A DNA stretch of 64,000 nt, from the NCBI GenBank assembly GCA_030158285.1, contig JAOATF010000017.1:5373-69372 (forward strand), written 5' to 3'. Made by a program: the position numbers and the translations under genes. Numbering within the stretch: the first letter of the stretch is position 1; every line of letters begins with the position of its first letter. This DNA comes from Hyphomonadaceae bacterium. GTDB lineage: Bacteria > Pseudomonadota > Alphaproteobacteria > Caulobacterales > Hyphomonadaceae. This document shows, piece by piece, positions 63,657 through 64,000 of the stretch. Below the pieces are notes generated by a model. It was not told the DNA's origin. It saw only the letters and a list, made by a program, of their open reading frames with translations, and did no database searches.

Positions 63657-64000
63657 CTACTCGAACACCACCGTCCGCGCGCCGTTGAGAAAAATCCGCC
63701 CCTCGGTGTGCAGCTTCACCGCGCGCGCCAGCACACGCGCTTCCGTATCGCGGCCCTTCGCCGTCATGACATCCGGCTGGTCGACATGGTTGGTCGGCTC
63801 CACCGCCTGCGCGATGATCGGGCCCTCGTCGAGATCGCTGGTGACATAGTGCGCCGTCGCCCCGATCAGCTTCACGCCGCGATTGAACGCCTGCGTGTAT
63901 GGCTTCGCGCCCTTGAAGCCGGGCAGGAAGGAGTGGTGGATGTTGATGCACTTGCCTTCCAGCTTCGCGCTCAACTCCGTCGACAGGATCTGCATGTAGC
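63657..64000 (-). CDS. purU: Formyltetrahydrofolate deformylase (3' part; 5' end lies outside the window)
   Basis: [43 protein letters not shown]. The ORF runs off the right edge. Confidence 0.85.
   Translation of the reverse strand, partial: YMQILSTELSAKLEGKCINIHHSFLPGFKGAKPYTQAFNRGVKLIGATAHYVTSDLDEGPIIAQAVEPTNHVDQPDVMTAKGRDTEARVLARAVKLHTEGRIFLNGARTVVFE

Noticed and set aside
1-64000. Search for tRNA/rRNA genes, CRISPR arrays, transposases, integrases, toxin-antitoxin or phage-defence genes.
   Set aside because: Nothing resembling them was seen in the intergenic regions or among the ORF translations. This was by-eye inspection only, so small RNAs cannot be excluded.

Overview
This is a 64-kb high-GC segment, with spot counts of single 60-nt lines running from about 57% to 73% GC. 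It looks like proteobacterial, probably alphaproteobacterial, chromosome. A 5'-truncated RTX-type Ca-binding exoprotein with a strong terminator sits at the left edge. Housekeeping genes sit at the right edge: kdsD/kpsF, kdsB, a carotenoid-oxygenase-family gene and purU. Almost everything in between is one very large cell-surface glycan (O-polysaccharide or capsule-like) locus. It contains:
- a split rml set (rmlD-rmlB, then 6.3 kb, then rmlA-rmlC), plus gmd-fcl and manC;
- a wecE / gtrA / arnC-like GT2 / wecD module next to a polytopic membrane protein;
- at least 8 glycosyltransferases, two sulfotransferase-domain proteins, three methyltransferase domains, an LbH acetyltransferase and an AT3 acyltransferase;
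- a tightly packed NeuB-type ulosonic-acid operon with extra enzymes (KdsC-like HAD, SDR, aldehyde dehydrogenase, cytidylyltransferase, fused transketolase);
- two KpsS/KpsC-like paralogues, a Wzt/Wzm ABC exporter, a WaaL-family protein, and a HAD-UbiA (DPPR-synthase-like) fusion coupled to a second GtrA.

I recognised no rRNA, tRNA, CRISPR, transposase, integrase or defence genes.

The most unusual content is three long coiled-coil proteins inside the locus:
- a 1262-aa membrane-anchored coiled coil ending in a SAM-methyltransferase domain, directly upstream of wzt/wzm, which I read as a candidate WbdD-like ruler/terminator with inverted and oversized architecture;
- a sulfotransferase-coiled-coil fusion;
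- a coiled-coil protein with no enzyme domain.

Three small paralogous (lipo)proteins are also scattered through the locus.

All functional calls rest on motifs read by eye from the supplied translations. No database search was possible, and start codons are often uncertain.
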